DNA of 41,341 bases, taken from NCBI GenBank assembly GCA_039591655.1, contig JBDHDE010000021.1:1-41341 (forward strand). The letters are read 5' to 3'. The translations under genes were made by a program, and so were the position numbers. Shown here piece by piece: positions 21,301 through 31,843 of this stretch. This DNA comes from Gemmatimonadota bacterium (GTDB lineage: Bacteria; Gemmatimonadota; Gemmatimonadetes; Gemmatimonadales; GWC2-71-9). Under the pieces are notes generated by a model. The model was given only the letters and a program-made list of their open reading frames with translations. It did no database searches and was not told the DNA's origin. How positions within the stretch are numbered: position 1 is the stretch's first letter; every line of letters begins with the position of its first letter.

Positions 21301-21883
21301 GGGGTTCGACGGGACGCCGTTCGACCCCTTCCTCACGTCGCTCTCGGCACGGTTCAGCATCTCGGGCAACACCTTCCAGCGCCTCTTCGCGCTGTTCCGG
21401 GGTGGCGGCGGGCCACCGCCGGAGGAAGGCGGCCTGGAGGAGATCGGCCCCGAGGACCCCATGCAACCGCCGGGTTCGAGCTTGGGGCCCTCGACGCGCC
21501 TGGACCGCAACTTCTTCACGATGCCCACGAACACCGCGCGGGCCCGCGAGTTCAGGGCGACGTTCAACTACGACCTGCAGCGCACCCGCCCTCAGGAGGA
21601 CCCCGAGGGAAACGAGATCGACACGCCCGCCAACAAGGTGCTGGGGTTCTCGGTGCAGTTCTCGCCCAGCGAGCACTGGAACGTCAGCTGGAACACCCAG
21701 TACAACTTCACGACCGGCGAGTTCGACCAGCAGGTGCTGCGGCTCGACCGAGATCTCCATCGTTGGCGCGTGACGTTCGGTTTCATGCGGGCGCCCAACG
21801 GCAACGTGGCGTTCAACTTCTTCATCAGCCTCACCGACCAGCCGGAGATCCGCTTCCAGTACGACCAGCGGACGGTGAAGTAG
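18380..21883 (+). CDS. tatC: TatC fused to an LptD-like (LPS-assembly/OstA-type) outer-membrane protein
   Basis: aa 1 to ~240 is TatC (MPFLDHLEELRWR, WRFLSPALY..EKR, FQLP, LTPPD, LLYE). aa ~241-268 is signal-like (RRRQ...AIVLALLG..AALA|Q). The rest carries LptD-type TSCDLPTPHYHF, PAVLYVQDVPILWLPF, RRSGLL.P.FG, GFY.A.SDY.D and a C-terminal RDLHRW beta-barrel pattern. No internal stop. Confidence 0.88.
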   Translation: MKQAKTSASEMPFLDHLEELRWRILWSLVALLVGTAIGFFLVQQYNVLELLKEPIAPYLPDGKLIIIRPADAFLITLKLAIVIGAVLASPIIFAQVWRFLSPALYKHEKRYIVPALMAGLGLFLAGVLMAYVLVLPAVFRILYGFQFGFLEWMITADAYFGFATQLILAFGLMFQLPLVMVLLSALDLVRPRTFARHRPIALVFGAVLAALLTPPDVVSMMMMMAPILLLYEAGIIVARLLRRRQAGRTIGGGAIVLALLGVPDAALAQLERPPKRGDQDTTRVTQDSLALPIDTAAARELGLPTGPSRSFPSLDSIMRELMTREGYRVTRYAGDSITLFGETQEIVLEGSAIVEREGATLEAQTVRFQEADCRLQAAGDPALFDQGTVMVGEGMRYDTCERIGTVESALTSFRQSGVTWYLRGRGIEVDSGSTRLYGAANDVTSCDLPTPHYHFAAGEIKWVTNTIMVARPAVLYVQDVPILWLPFIFQDMRPGRRSGLLVPRFGLSDLVRPSSGFQRNVSNIGFYVAASDYLDFQFSLDWFSGNYIGLNGQMRYRWLSQFMAGGLSVSRIWEDGVDTLPGDRSLRLQWSHQQNFSQRTRLTASVDFATKTDVVQRNAVDPFVQTATLTSRINFNKQFSWATLSLGGNRTQDLSNGTVTQTLPTITLTPSPINLASSVTWSPSFSLTNTSVSGQGQGEVLPLPGGGLDTVKASRRTTDFRLGTPLRIGRWNWSNDVSISSFRSTGPPLPVLLLDPDNPADTVTRFYSEDFQTGIDWSTGINLPLLFPSSWKLQPRLGVRNTTGGPFWLRNRNTGGAFVSQGKRLSLSAGLTPTVFGFFPGFGPYSRMRHAISPIFNWEYAPSAEVPEDYARALDPTGQNPSRVSPAVHRVNLGLSQSFEAKLAPRDDDTTGAQPPRKVKLLSWQTSAVSYDFEQAKEEGRNGWATDLLSNQFTSELLRGFSLSLTHDLWDGPVGFDGTPFDPFLTSLSARFSISGNTFQRLFALFRGGGGPPPEEGGLEEIGPEDPMQPPGSSLGPSTRLDRNFFTMPTNTARAREFRATFNYDLQRTRPQEDPEGNEIDTPANKVLGFSVQFSPSEHWNVSWNTQYNFTTGEFDQQVLRLDRDLHRWRVTFGFMRAPNGNVAFNFFISLTDQPEIRFQYDQRTVK

Positions 21884-21902
21884 CCCGGCCAGCGGGAGGA
21901 AG

Positions 21903-22001
21903 TGTCCTCTCGCGAGGACATTGCGCCAGCCCCGCCATTCACAGTAAACCATTGACGGACAAGTAGTTATGTCGTCCAGCCGGGGCGGCACGCTCCCTGC
22001 T
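21903..22001 (+). promoter_or_regulatory. Sigma54-type promoter module: palindromic UAS, IHF-like site, -24/-12 box
   Basis: TGTCCTC-tcgc-GAGGACA (21903-21920); TAA-N4-TTG-N5-CAA-N4-TTA (21945-21969); cGGCACGctcccTGCt with GG-N10-GC spacing (21986-22001). Confidence 0.6.
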
Positions 22002-22041
22002 ATTCCTATGGGGGTGGAGACCTTATCGGGGGAGGCAACTC

Positions 22042-23199
22042 ATGCGGCGCATCATTGTCGGGCTGGCCCTGGTGCCGCTGGCGCTGGCGTGCGACAGCAC
22101 GACGGCGCCCGTGGGCGGAGTGCTGCCGGCACCGGCCAACGTGTTCTACGAGCTCGAGCCCAGCGGCGACCCCGACGCGCCCATGGGTATGCTGCTGGCT
22201 TGGGATCCCATCGTGAGCGATGTCCTCGGCGCCTACCGCGTGTACTCGCGGCCGACGTTCGACGGCGTCTTCGGCCTGCGGGGCGAGACCACGTCGATCA
22301 CCTTCCACGACAACGGCATCCCCGACCTCGAGTATTTCGTGGTGGCGGTGGACGTGGGCGGCCTGGAGGGCGTGCCCAGCGAGAGCGTGATCATCGACGA
22401 GCGGTTGCGGCTCGAGTCGCCGGCGTGGATCAGCAGCATCAGTCTCGACGAGGCGATCCACCTGGCGTGGTCGGACAACCCGTTCCTCAACGAGCCCGCC
22501 GGGTTCATGCAGTACCGCGTCTACAGCGCGTCGTTCTCGCTGGACGACCCCGTATGCGGCGAGTGGGGCCTCGAGGGCACCACGATCGCGCCGGAGTTCA
22601 TCGTGTCCGCGCTGCCCAACGGCGCGCCCCGCTGCTTTGGTATCTCGGCCGAGAGCATCGAGGGCTGGGAGAGCCTGTGGTCGCCCATCAGGGCGGATAC
22701 GCCGCGCCCCGACGCGCGGAACGTGGTGATATACGCCCGGCAGTTCGACGCGTCCCGTAGCGGGTTCCGGTTCTGGCTGGATTCCAACGGTGACGGGCAG
22801 GCCAGCCGCACCGAGCTGGGGCTGATTCTGGACGGCACGAGGCTCGACCTCGACTTCTACATCACGCGGGATGGGAGCAACCGGTTCTTCTTCCAGCCGG
22901 TGCTGCTCACCACCCGTATGCTGGACACGGGTCCCGTCGCTGACCTGACGGAGATCGACTTCGCCCCGGAGATCGGGTACTCGGGTGCACAGCACGAGGC
23001 CAAGGTGGGCTTCGGGTACGTGTTCGAGATGGACGGCGGTGACGGATTCCTCCGCTACGGGGGGATCCGGGTGAGCCACGTCGGCGTCGACTACATGATC
23101 TTCGACTGGAGCTACCAGACCGATCCGGGGAACCCGGAGCTGTCCATCGGCGCCGGCATCTTCACCGGCGGCGGTGGTGGGGTGATCATAGAGCGCTAA
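22042..23199 (+). CDS. Uncharacterised lipoprotein with two fibronectin-III-like repeats
   Basis: GGAGG SD; lipobox LALAC; two repeats of LAW...YRVYS...G.T...V.A...G.E; DSNGDG Ca-loop-like motif. Confidence 0.75.
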   Translation: MRRIIVGLALVPLALACDSTTAPVGGVLPAPANVFYELEPSGDPDAPMGMLLAWDPIVSDVLGAYRVYSRPTFDGVFGLRGETTSITFHDNGIPDLEYFVVAVDVGGLEGVPSESVIIDERLRLESPAWISSISLDEAIHLAWSDNPFLNEPAGFMQYRVYSASFSLDDPVCGEWGLEGTTIAPEFIVSALPNGAPRCFGISAESIEGWESLWSPIRADTPRPDARNVVIYARQFDASRSGFRFWLDSNGDGQASRTELGLILDGTRLDLDFYITRDGSNRFFFQPVLLTTRMLDTGPVADLTEIDFAPEIGYSGAQHEAKVGFGYVFEMDGGDGFLRYGGIRVSHVGVDYMIFDWSYQTDPGNPELSIGAGIFTGGGGGVIIER

Positions 23200-23209
23200 G
23201 CAGGGAAGC

Positions 23210-23314
23210 GGGAAACCGGAAACGGACGACAAGCGCCCCCGGGGTGCGTGGAACTGATGCCGTTCCGCAGCTCCGGGGGCCGAGTGTTCTGGTCAGCTGC
23301 CCCACCGGTTTCCC
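23210..23314. other. Nested inverted-repeat structure between the lipoprotein gene and hutH (terminator or REP-like)
   Basis: Outer IR GGGAAACCGG (23210-23219) / CCGGTTTCCC (23305-23314); inner hairpin GCCCCCGG..GGAAC / GTTCC..CCGGGGGC (23235-23280). Confidence 0.55.
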
Positions 23315-23353
23315 CTTTCCTCCTTCCCCCGTCAACGGTCTATATTGCCAGTG

Positions 23354-24876
23354 ATGTCCCAGACTGTCGTACTCACCGGTGATTCCCTCACCATCGCCGA
23401 TGTGGTCGCGGTCGCTCGCGAGTTTGCCCCCGTCGAGATCAGCAGCGAGGCCGCGGAGCGCGCCGACCGTTCCCGCGCGGCGGTGGAGCGCATGCTGGCT
23501 ACCGGGCAGCCGATCTACGGCGTGAATACGGGCTTCGGCAAGTTGGCCAACGTGAGTATCCCCCCCGACCAGCTCCTCGAGTTGCAGCGCAACCTCATTC
23601 GGAGTCACGTGGCCGGGGTGGGAGAGCCGCTTCCCGCCGACGTGGTCCGCGCGGCGATGCTGCTGCGTGCCAACGTGCTGCTGCGGGAGACCAGCGGCGC
23701 ACGCGCTGCGGTGCCGCAGACCATTGCCCGGATGCTGAACGCCGGCATCCACCCCGTGGTGCCGGAGCAGGGCAGCGTCGGGGCGAGCGGCGACCTGGCG
23801 CCCCTGTCGCACATCGCCCACGCGATGATGGGGGAGGGCGACGTCGCAGTGGCCGACACGTCGCCCCGCGGTGGGGGAGGGGCGGTGCGGGCGGCGGCGG
23901 CCGACGCGCTGCGCGCTGCCGGCATCGAGCCCATCGAGTTCCAGGCCAAGGAAGGTCTCGCGTTCATCAACGGCACCCAGGTGCAGACGGCGGTGCTGGC
24001 CCTCACGGTGCACGATGCGCGCAACCTGTGGCGCACGGCGCTGGGCGCGGCGGCGATGAGCCTCGAGGCGTTGTTGGGGACGCCGACCTCGTTCGACGAG
24101 CGGATCCACCAGGTGCGACCACACCCCGGGCAGGGGCGCGCGGCGGAGCTGCTGCGGGACCTGCTGGCCGAGAGTGAGATCCGCGAGTCCCATCGCGAGG
24201 ACGACCCCCGTGTGCAGGACGCCTACAGCCTGCGCTGCACGCCACAGATCCTGGGGCCGGTGGGCGATGCGGTCGAGTATGCGGGCGGCGTGGCCGCCAT
24301 CGAGCTCAACGCCTCTACCGACAACCCGCTGCTGTTCGACGGCGAAGTGCTCTCGGGCGGCAACTTCCACGGACAGCCGGTGGCCCTGGTGCTGGATCTG
24401 TTGGCAATCGCGCTGACCACGCTGGCCGGGCTCGCCGAGCGGCGGCTCGACCGGGTAGTGAATCCCGAGACTTCGCATGGCCTGCCGCCGTTCCTCACCG
24501 AGCAGGCGGGCCTCAACTCCGGACTCATGATGGCGCAGGTCACGGCCGCGGCGCTGGCCGCCGAGTGCCGCACGCTGTGCACGCCGGCCAGCGTGCAGTC
24601 CATTCCAACCGACGGCAACCAGGAGGACGTGGTGCCGATGGGGATGGCGGCGGCCTTCAAGGCGCGGCGCGTGCTGCGGAACGCACAGCGGGTGGTGGCC
24701 TGCGAGCTGATCGCCGCGGCGCAGGGAATGGAGTATCGTAAGCCGTTGCGTCCCGGACGTGGGGTGCGGCGGCTGTACGACCGGGTGCGCCAGGTCGTGT
24801 TGCCGCTCGAAGGCGATCGACCGCTCACCCCCGATGTGGAACGGGTGGCCGCGCTGGCCGCCCAGGAGGCGCTGGT

Positions 24877-24880
<4 letters not shown>
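23354..24880 (+). CDS. hutH: Histidine ammonia-lyase
   Basis: [23 protein letters not shown]-forming [39 protein letters not shown]. Confidence 0.96.
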
Positions 24881-26546
<1,666 letters not shown>

Positions 26547-26550
<4 letters not shown>

Positions 26551-27815
26551 GCACGCTCCTCGTCGGCGCCACACAGATCGTCACCTGCCGCGGTCCGGGC
26601 CGGGCCCGCCGCGGTCCGGAGATGGCCGAGCTCAACGTGCTGGAGGACGCCGCGGTCCTGGTGGCGAGCGACGGCACGATCGCAGCGGTGGGGCCGTACG
26701 CCGAGCTATCGACCGAGGTAGGCGGAGCGGACGTCCACGAAGTGGAGGGCGTCCTGTTCCCCGGCTTTGTGGACTGTCACACCCACGCGGTATTCGGTAT
26801 GGCCCGCTTGGCGGACCACGAGCGCCGCGCCCGGGGGGTCGGCTACAAGGAGATCGCGGCGGCGGGGGGCGGGATCCTCTCCTCGGTGCGCGACGTGCGG
26901 CAGCGCTCAGAGGACGAGCTCACCGATCTCACGCGCCGCCGGCTCACGCACCTGCTGGCCAACGGAGCCACCACCGTAGAAGTGAAGTCGGGCTACGGGT
27001 TGGAGCTAGCGGCCGAGCTCAAGCAGCTAGACGTGATCGCCGCCGTCGCGGCCGACGGTGGTCCCGCAGTGGTGCCCACCTTCCTGGGCGCGCACGAGGT
27101 GCCGGAGGAGTACCGGCCGCGCACGGATGAGTACCTGGACCTGGTGATCCACGAGATGCTCCCAGCGGTGGAGCGGCAGGGCGCGGCCCGGTTCTGCGAT
27201 GTCTTCTGCGAGCCCGGGGTGTTTACGGTGGAGCAGTCCCGGCGGGTGCTCGAGGCCGCCCGGCGCCACGGCATGGAGCCCAAGCTCCACGCCGACGAGC
27301 TCGATCCGTCGGGCGGTGCCGAGCTGGCCGCCGAGCTGGGGGCGGTGAGCGCTGACCACCTGGCGGCCATCTCCAAGGCCGGCATCGCCGCCCTGGGCGG
27401 GAGCGAGACGGTGGCGGTGCTGCTCCCGGGCACGATGATGTACCTGGGGCAGCGGCGTCAGGCCCCGGGGCGGAGCCTGATCGATGCGGGGGCGGCGGTG
27501 GCGCTGGCCACCGACTTCAACCCCGGCAGCTCGCCGGGAATGAGCCTGCCGCTCATGGCGACCCTGGCGGCCTCCCAGAGCGGGTTGGCTCCGGCGGAGA
27601 CCGTCACGGCTATCACCGTGAACGGGGCGGCAGCGGTGGGGGAGGCACACAGCCGGGGGCAGATTGCGCCGGGGTACCGGGCCGACCTGGCCCTGGCTGC
27701 GGTGCGAGACTGGCGCGAGTTGGTATACTGGTACGGCAGTAACCTGGTCAGCGAGGTGTGGGTCGGCGGAGTGCCTTGTCATCCACGCCAGAGTGGCCTA
27801 AATTTTTTGGTTTGA
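26547..27815 (+). CDS. hutI: Imidazolonepropionase; probable CTG start overlapping the hutU stop
   Basis: [65 protein letters not shown] lies 6 nt before CTG 26547. Confidence 0.95.
27776..27804 (+). promoter_or_regulatory. Sigma70 promoter embedded in the hutI 3' end, driving the TPR-polyprenyl synthase-tatA unit
   Basis: TTGTCA (27776-27781), 17-nt spacer, TAAATT (27799-27804). Confidence 0.65.
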
Positions 27816-27874
27816 AGGAGTTGGCGACGCCGTCTCTCCGATCCGTGACCATTCTCAGCCGGTAGAGGTCCGCA

Positions 27875-30514
27875 CTGAACGTCGAAAGAGCCAAGGACAA
27901 AGCCCGCAAGCTCGAGCTCAAGGACCAGTTCGATAAGGCGATCGATCAGTACTCCAAGATTCTGGCATCTCTGGAGGGCACGCCCGAACTGGACAAGGAG
28001 CTCGCGCTGTTCAACAAGGTCGGCGACCTCTACCTGAAGATCGGTCAGGTACAGGACGCGGTCGAGACCTACGAGCGGGCGGTGCAGTACTACGACGAGT
28101 ACGGCCTCGTCAACAACGCCATCGCGCTCTGCAACAAGATCCTCCGCAACGCCCCGGGGCGCACGCCCGTCTACCTCCGGCTCGCCAAGCTGATGGTGCG
28201 CCGGGGCTTCGTTGCCGAGGCGAAGCAGAACCTCCTGGAGTACGCCGAGCGCATGCAGCGCGCCGGCGAGGTGGAGGACGCCTTCAACGCGCTGAAGGAG
28301 TTCGCCGACCTCTCGCCCGACAACGAGGAGATCCGCCTGCTCCTGGCCGAGCAACTCAAGGCCGCCGCGCGCACCGACGAGGCACGGGAGCAGCTGGCCA
28401 AGCTGTATCACGAGCTGGAGTCGAGGGGAGACAGGAAGGGCGCCCGCACCACGCTGGAGAGGATGCGGCTCATCGACCCCGAGTACGACCCCGCGGCGGC
28501 GCCCAGACCCGAGAAGAAGGAGAAGCTCAAGACCCACGATCTCATCTTCCTGGACCTGGGTGATGAGCCACGCAAATCCGCGGCAGCAGCTGTGGTGGAG
28601 CCCCCGCCGCCGCCGCCGGCGCCCGAACCCGAGCCGATCATCACCGGTGCGTTCGAGGAGCCCGCCGGGGAGGCGCCCCCCACGGAGCCCTTGGAGATCG
28701 AGCATACCGCCACAGCGGAAGAGGAGCCTGCCCAGCCAGAGGTGCCGGAGGGGGAGCTCGAGATCGAGCGCACCTCCGCTGAGGTAGCGCTGCCGGACGT
28801 CGACGCGATCTCCGACCTGGAGGTGGGCAGCGCGTTCCAGGCGCCGGACGATGGGGTGGTATCGGCCCTGGACATCGAGCCGACGACCCTGGACGAGCCC
28901 GAAGCCCCCGCTCCCCCCGAGTTCGAGGCGGACACCGCCGCGGCGGCGACCCCGGCGGACGAAGCTGACCTGCCGCTCATCCTGCCGCAGGATGTGGACC
29001 CTGACGCCACCCTCCCCGGAGTGGTGGACGAGCCCATAGTGGTGGACGAGCCTGCAGTGGAGGAGGCCGCCGCCGGAGTGGCCCAGCAGGCGGAGCCCGA
29101 CATCGTGGTGCCGGAGCCCGATCTGGGGATCTCGGCGGAGGACCTGACGGCGTTCATGCCGCCGGATGAGCCGATGCTGCCAGAGGTCAAGGGGACCGCC
29201 GGCCTGGAGGTGCCCGAGTTGGACATCGGAGGCTTCGGCGAGGAGGAGCCGGAAGCGGAGCTCCCCGAGCCGCCGTCGCCCACCACGGACCCGTTCGGCG
29301 GCAGGATGATCCGCACGATCGACCTGGATTCCTTCGATACACCGGCGGGGACCACCACGGCCGAGCCCGAGGCCGAGCCTGCGGAGCAGCCGGTCCCAGA
29401 GCTTGCTCCGGAGGAACTGCCGCTCGCGGGGCTCAAGACGGGTGTCACGCCCAAGCTGGACGTCACCGCCCTGGAGTACCAGGTGGCTGACGATCCCGAC
29501 AACCCCGTGCTGCATCGCATGCTGGGCGAGGCGCTCCTGGAGCAGGGCGATCGGGAACGGGGTCTCGAGGAGCTGGACATCGCGCAGGATATCTACGAGG
29601 CGTCGGAGGATTGGTCGCACGCCGAGGACCTGTCGCGGGAGATCCTGCGCCTCGATCCCAACAGCGTGCGCCACCAACAGAAGTTGGTGGAGTTCGCGTT
29701 CCGGCGGGGAGACAAAGAAGGCCTCGCGGATGCCTATCTCGGGCTGGCCGACGCGCTGTTCCGCACCGGCGCCGCCGATCGGGCCCGCGCCGTGTACCAG
29801 CGCGTCCTGGAGCACGACCCCGAGAACGAGCGGGCGCGCCTGGGACTCCAGACCCTCGAGCCCACGGAGGAAGAGCCGCCGGCGCCCGAGGCGCCGCGCG
29901 AGCCGGCGCTCGCGCCGACCGCAGTGGCCGACTCCCCGCCGCAGGCGCCGCCCCCGGCGGAGCCCGCGCCCCCCCGCGGCGACTTCATCGATCTCGGGAG
30001 CCTGGTCCTGGAGCAGGACATGGCTCCGGCCAAGGACACCCGGATGCGCATCGAGGAGGAGGAGCCCACCGGGGACGAGCAACGCGACTTCGATGAGATG
30101 CTGTCGCAGTTCAAGAAGGGCATCGAGCAGAATGTGGACGAGGAGGACTGGCAGGCGCACTACGACCTCGGGATCGCGTTCAAGGAGATGGGCCTGCTCG
30201 ACGAGGCGATCGGCGAGTTCCAGAAGGCGCTGCGCTCGGCCGAGGGCCGGCTCCGCGCCGCCGAGGCCCTGGGGCTGTGCTTCTTCGAGAAGCAGCAGTA
30301 CTCGGTGGCCGCCACGGTGCTCAAGGGGGCGGTGGACTCCGGTTCGGGGGGGGATGAGGGTAAGGTCGGCCTGCTCTACTGGCTCGCACGGTGCGAGGAG
30401 GAAGTGGGCCGCGGCCAGGAGGCGCTGGGCCATTACCAGCGGGTCTTCGCCGTCGATATCCAGTTCAAGGACGTAGGGGACCGCGTGAGGGCGCTGGCAG
30501 GGGCCGGGAGCTAG
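27875..30514 (+). CDS. Large TPR protein with acidic/Pro-rich linkers, SgmX-like; probable CTG start
   Basis: Frame open from CTG 27875 (GAGGT SD; in-frame TAG at 27863): NVERAKDKARKLELKDQFDKAIDQY...LFNKVGDLYLK. Three TPR blocks; C-terminal FKKGIEQNVDEEDWQAHYDLGIAFKEMGLLDEAIGEFQKA. Confidence 0.8.
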   Translation: MNVERAKDKARKLELKDQFDKAIDQYSKILASLEGTPELDKELALFNKVGDLYLKIGQVQDAVETYERAVQYYDEYGLVNNAIALCNKILRNAPGRTPVYLRLAKLMVRRGFVAEAKQNLLEYAERMQRAGEVEDAFNALKEFADLSPDNEEIRLLLAEQLKAAARTDEAREQLAKLYHELESRGDRKGARTTLERMRLIDPEYDPAAAPRPEKKEKLKTHDLIFLDLGDEPRKSAAAAVVEPPPPPPAPEPEPIITGAFEEPAGEAPPTEPLEIEHTATAEEEPAQPEVPEGELEIERTSAEVALPDVDAISDLEVGSAFQAPDDGVVSALDIEPTTLDEPEAPAPPEFEADTAAAATPADEADLPLILPQDVDPDATLPGVVDEPIVVDEPAVEEAAAGVAQQAEPDIVVPEPDLGISAEDLTAFMPPDEPMLPEVKGTAGLEVPELDIGGFGEEEPEAELPEPPSPTTDPFGGRMIRTIDLDSFDTPAGTTTAEPEAEPAEQPVPELAPEELPLAGLKTGVTPKLDVTALEYQVADDPDNPVLHRMLGEALLEQGDRERGLEELDIAQDIYEASEDWSHAEDLSREILRLDPNSVRHQQKLVEFAFRRGDKEGLADAYLGLADALFRTGAADRARAVYQRVLEHDPENERARLGLQTLEPTEEEPPAPEAPREPALAPTAVADSPPQAPPPAEPAPPRGDFIDLGSLVLEQDMAPAKDTRMRIEEEEPTGDEQRDFDEMLSQFKKGIEQNVDEEDWQAHYDLGIAFKEMGLLDEAIGEFQKALRSAEGRLRAAEALGLCFFEKQQYSVAATVLKGAVDSGSGGDEGKVGLLYWLARCEEEVGRGQEALGHYQRVFAVDIQFKDVGDRVRALAGAGS

Positions 30515-30517
30515 CGC

Positions 30518-31507
30518 GTGAACCCCCAACTTGCCGGGGTGTCCCTCGCGTCCATTCAAGAGCCGGTCCGCGAGGAGCTCGACCAGGTCTTCGCCGAGCT
30601 CGGCCGGATCATTGCCGGCGATTTCCCCCTCATCGAGCGCGTGAACGAGCATCTGCTGCGGATCCGCGGGAAGATGTTCCGTCCCACCCTCCTGCTGCTT
30701 GCGGCACGCGTCACCGGCGGTGTGCGGCCCCGCATGGTCACCCTCGCGGCCGTGGTGGAGCTGATCCACCTGGCAACCCTGATCCACGACGACTCGGTGG
30801 ACCATTCGGTGCTGCGCCGGGGGCAGCCCACCGTGAACGCGCTGTTCACACACGAGATCGCGGTCATCATGGGTGACTACCTCTACTCGCGGGCCGTGGT
30901 CGAGCTGGTGCGGCTGGGCGACCTCGAGCCGCTGCGCGTGATGAGCCGGGTCACCAACGAGATGACCGTGGGCGAGATGCGGGAGATCACGTCGCATGAC
31001 GTCCTGGGGTTCACCCAGGACGACTACGATCAGCTGATCGACGCCAAGACCGCCTCTCTCATGAGTGGCGCCTGCGAGGTCGGCGCCCTCGACGCGGATT
31101 CCGGGTACGGCGACCCGCTGCGGCGCTACGGCCGCAACCTCGGCATGGCGTTCCAGATCGCGGACGACCTGCTGGACTACACCAGCAGCGAGGAGGTCAC
31201 CGGCAAGCCCGCGGGACTCGATCTCCGGGAGCACAAGATCACCCTGCCGCTGATCGCGGCGCTGCCCCAGATGGACGAGGGCGAGCGCGCGATGGTCCAG
31301 GCGCTGATGGATGACCCTACGCCGCAGGACGGGCACATCGCGGAAGTGATTCGCCTGGTCCAGGAGCGGGGCGGGATCGAGGCGGCGCGCGCCCGGGCCC
31401 TAGAGTTCGCGGGGCTGGCGGAGAGCGAGCTGGAGCATCTGCCGGCCGGCCGCGCCCGCGACGCACTGCGGGACTGCATCGCCTACGTGGTGGAGCGGAG
31501 GAGCTGA
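30518..31507 (+). CDS. Polyprenyl diphosphate synthase (IspB/HepT-like)
   Basis: GKMFRP, ELIHLATLIHDDSVD..LRRG, KTASL, FQIADDLLD, GKP.G.DLRE.K.TLP. Confidence 0.93.
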   Translation: MNPQLAGVSLASIQEPVREELDQVFAELGRIIAGDFPLIERVNEHLLRIRGKMFRPTLLLLAARVTGGVRPRMVTLAAVVELIHLATLIHDDSVDHSVLRRGQPTVNALFTHEIAVIMGDYLYSRAVVELVRLGDLEPLRVMSRVTNEMTVGEMREITSHDVLGFTQDDYDQLIDAKTASLMSGACEVGALDADSGYGDPLRRYGRNLGMAFQIADDLLDYTSSEEVTGKPAGLDLREHKITLPLIAALPQMDEGERAMVQALMDDPTPQDGHIAEVIRLVQERGGIEAARARALEFAGLAESELEHLPAGRARDALRDCIAYVVERRS

Positions 31508-31508
31508 C

Positions 31509-31781
31509 GTGGCCATCGGACCCCGCCGCCCGCTGTTCTACGTCTCGGTCCTGACCATCGGGTTCGTGCTGGGCGGGTTCCTCTCGGCGCTGCTCAAGCG
31601 GTTCCTGCCGGAGGGTCCGGCCAAGGAGCTGTTCACCTGGACCGTCACACCCTCCGTCGGTCCATTGCACTTGGACCTGATTGTATTCAGTTTGACAATA
31701 GGGCCGCTGGCCCTGCAGGTGTCGCTGCTGGCGATCGTCGGGGTCGTCTTGGCGTACCTGCTGGCGCGGTCGCTGTTTTAG
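31509..31781 (+). CDS. Small membrane protein (DUF4321-like)
   Basis: Two hydrophobic segments with a GPLHLDLIVFSLTIG...SLLAIVG pattern; tightly coupled to the upstream gene. Confidence 0.7.
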   Translation: MAIGPRRPLFYVSVLTIGFVLGGFLSALLKRFLPEGPAKELFTWTVTPSVGPLHLDLIVFSLTIGPLALQVSLLAIVGVVLAYLLARSLF

Positions 31782-31843
31782 GGTAGGGGGAATGGGGCAG
31801 GGGGAAGCGGGTCGGGCGGCAACGGGAAACATACGAGGCTGAT

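Noticed and set aside
27779..31336. 1185-aa antisense ORF, and similar ones at 2914-5202, 23186-24895 and 19502-21046
   Set aside because: These are shadows of high-GC sense genes, with no recognisable motifs and complete overlap with well-supported genes.
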